Shown piece by piece: positions 63,732-64,000 of a stretch of 64,000 nucleotides of DNA. Source of the DNA: Pseudomonadota bacterium. GTDB lineage: Bacteria; Pseudomonadota; Gammaproteobacteria; Xanthomonadales; SZUA-38. A program made the translations under genes and the position numbers. Location: NCBI GenBank assembly GCA_039195135.1, contig JBCCVP010000003.1:7249-71248 (forward strand). The letters are read 5' to 3'. Below the pieces are notes generated by a model. It had not been told where the DNA came from and did no database searches. It saw nothing but the letters and a program-made list of their open reading frames with translations. Numbering within the stretch: the first letter of the stretch is position 1; each line of letters starts with the position of its first letter.

Positions 63732-64000
63732 ATGCGCTCCTCCTGTGTGCTGCTGCTGACCGCGCTGGTTACGGCCGCCTGCGACAACGCGACGATCGAC
63801 GCCACTGGTCCGGGCGACCGGCCGGCGCGCAGCGTTGCCGTGATCGTCGAGCCGGTGCAGTTTGATCGGCAGCGCTCGCGGCTGTCTGCGGTGGGCACGT
63901 CCCGGGCATCCCGTTCCGTGGAGCTGTTTCCGGAGACCGCCGGCGAGGTGATTGAGGTCTCGCTGGCACCGGGGCAGGCAGTGAACCAGGGCGACGTCCT
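63732..64000 (+). CDS. RND/MFP efflux periplasmic adaptor lipoprotein (5' part; continues beyond the right edge)
   Basis: Not in the ORF track because of edge truncation. GAGGA lies upstream of ATG 63732. The product is MRSSCVLLLTALVTAAC (lipobox) ...VAVIVEPVQFDRQRSRLSAVGTSRASRSVELFPETAGEVIEVSLAPGQAVNQGDVL, the usual start of HlyD/AcrA-type adaptors. Confidence 0.7.
   Translation, partial: MRSSCVLLLTALVTAACDNATIDATGPGDRPARSVAVIVEPVQFDRQRSRLSAVGTSRASRSVELFPETAGEVIEVSLAPGQAVNQGDV

Noticed and set aside
63487-63898. Two short minus-strand ORFs (63 and 70 aa) in and near the long intergenic region
   Set aside because: One overlaps in antisense the start of the RND adaptor gene. Both have Arg/Ser/Pro-rich translations and no SD. 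They are judged non-coding.
1-64000. Search for mobile elements, CRISPR arrays, rRNA/tRNA genes, prophage or known defence-system genes, and for a T6SS cluster to go with the Hcp homolog
   Set aside because: None was found by eye. There is no transposase, integrase or recombinase-like ORF. There are no direct-repeat/spacer arrays, no long terminal inverted repeats, and no TssB/C, VgrG, PAAR or ClpV-like proteins. Absence is based on manual inspection only and should be confirmed with HMM and covariance-model scans.

Overview
This is a GC-rich, gene-dense chromosomal segment from a Gram-negative bacterium. Gene content suggests a marine gammaproteobacterium, but that is unverified inference. 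I support about 50 protein-coding genes. Two of them are missing from the ORF track because they run off the window edges: an NHL-repeat protein at 1-1407 (-) and an RND adaptor lipoprotein at 63732-64000 (+). I found no rRNA, tRNA, CRISPR array, transposase, integrase or recognisable phage or defence genes.

Housekeeping genes are folE, pyrC, truC, sfsA, fpr, iadA, azurin, a Sua5/TsaC-type enzyme and a DUF72 protein. They are interleaved with a large set of exported proteins:
- two sortilin/VPS10-like BNR proteins;
- NHL, ELWxxDGT, PD40 and other beta-propeller proteins;
- a 1214-aa multidomain protein;
- three SxxK serine hydrolases;
- two TonB-dependent receptors.

Regulatory modules are a FecI/FecR/FecA-type surface-signalling unit, a second ECF sigma pair, a LysR regulator, and a tandem pair of membrane-bound TPR regulators.

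The most unusual locus is 44060-44979. It encodes a full-length Hcp (T6SS tube protein) homolog that carries a Sec signal peptide and four cysteines. It is translationally coupled to a small secreted Cys-containing protein, and no other T6SS gene lies in the 64 kb.

Other points worth a second look:
- a short F-x-x-[GS]-F-E motif that recurs at or near the C-termini of unrelated secreted proteins;
- a single in-frame TAA splitting the FecA-type receptor;
- a glutaminase with a eukaryote-like EF-hand/ankyrin architecture;
- twin palindromic operators upstream of the second TonB-dependent receptor;
- a pair of paralogous exported proteins of unknown function next to the TPR regulators.

Many long ORFs in the track are antisense shadow ORFs typical of GC-rich DNA, and I rejected them. 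All homology statements are by-eye recognition of motifs. No database search was run.
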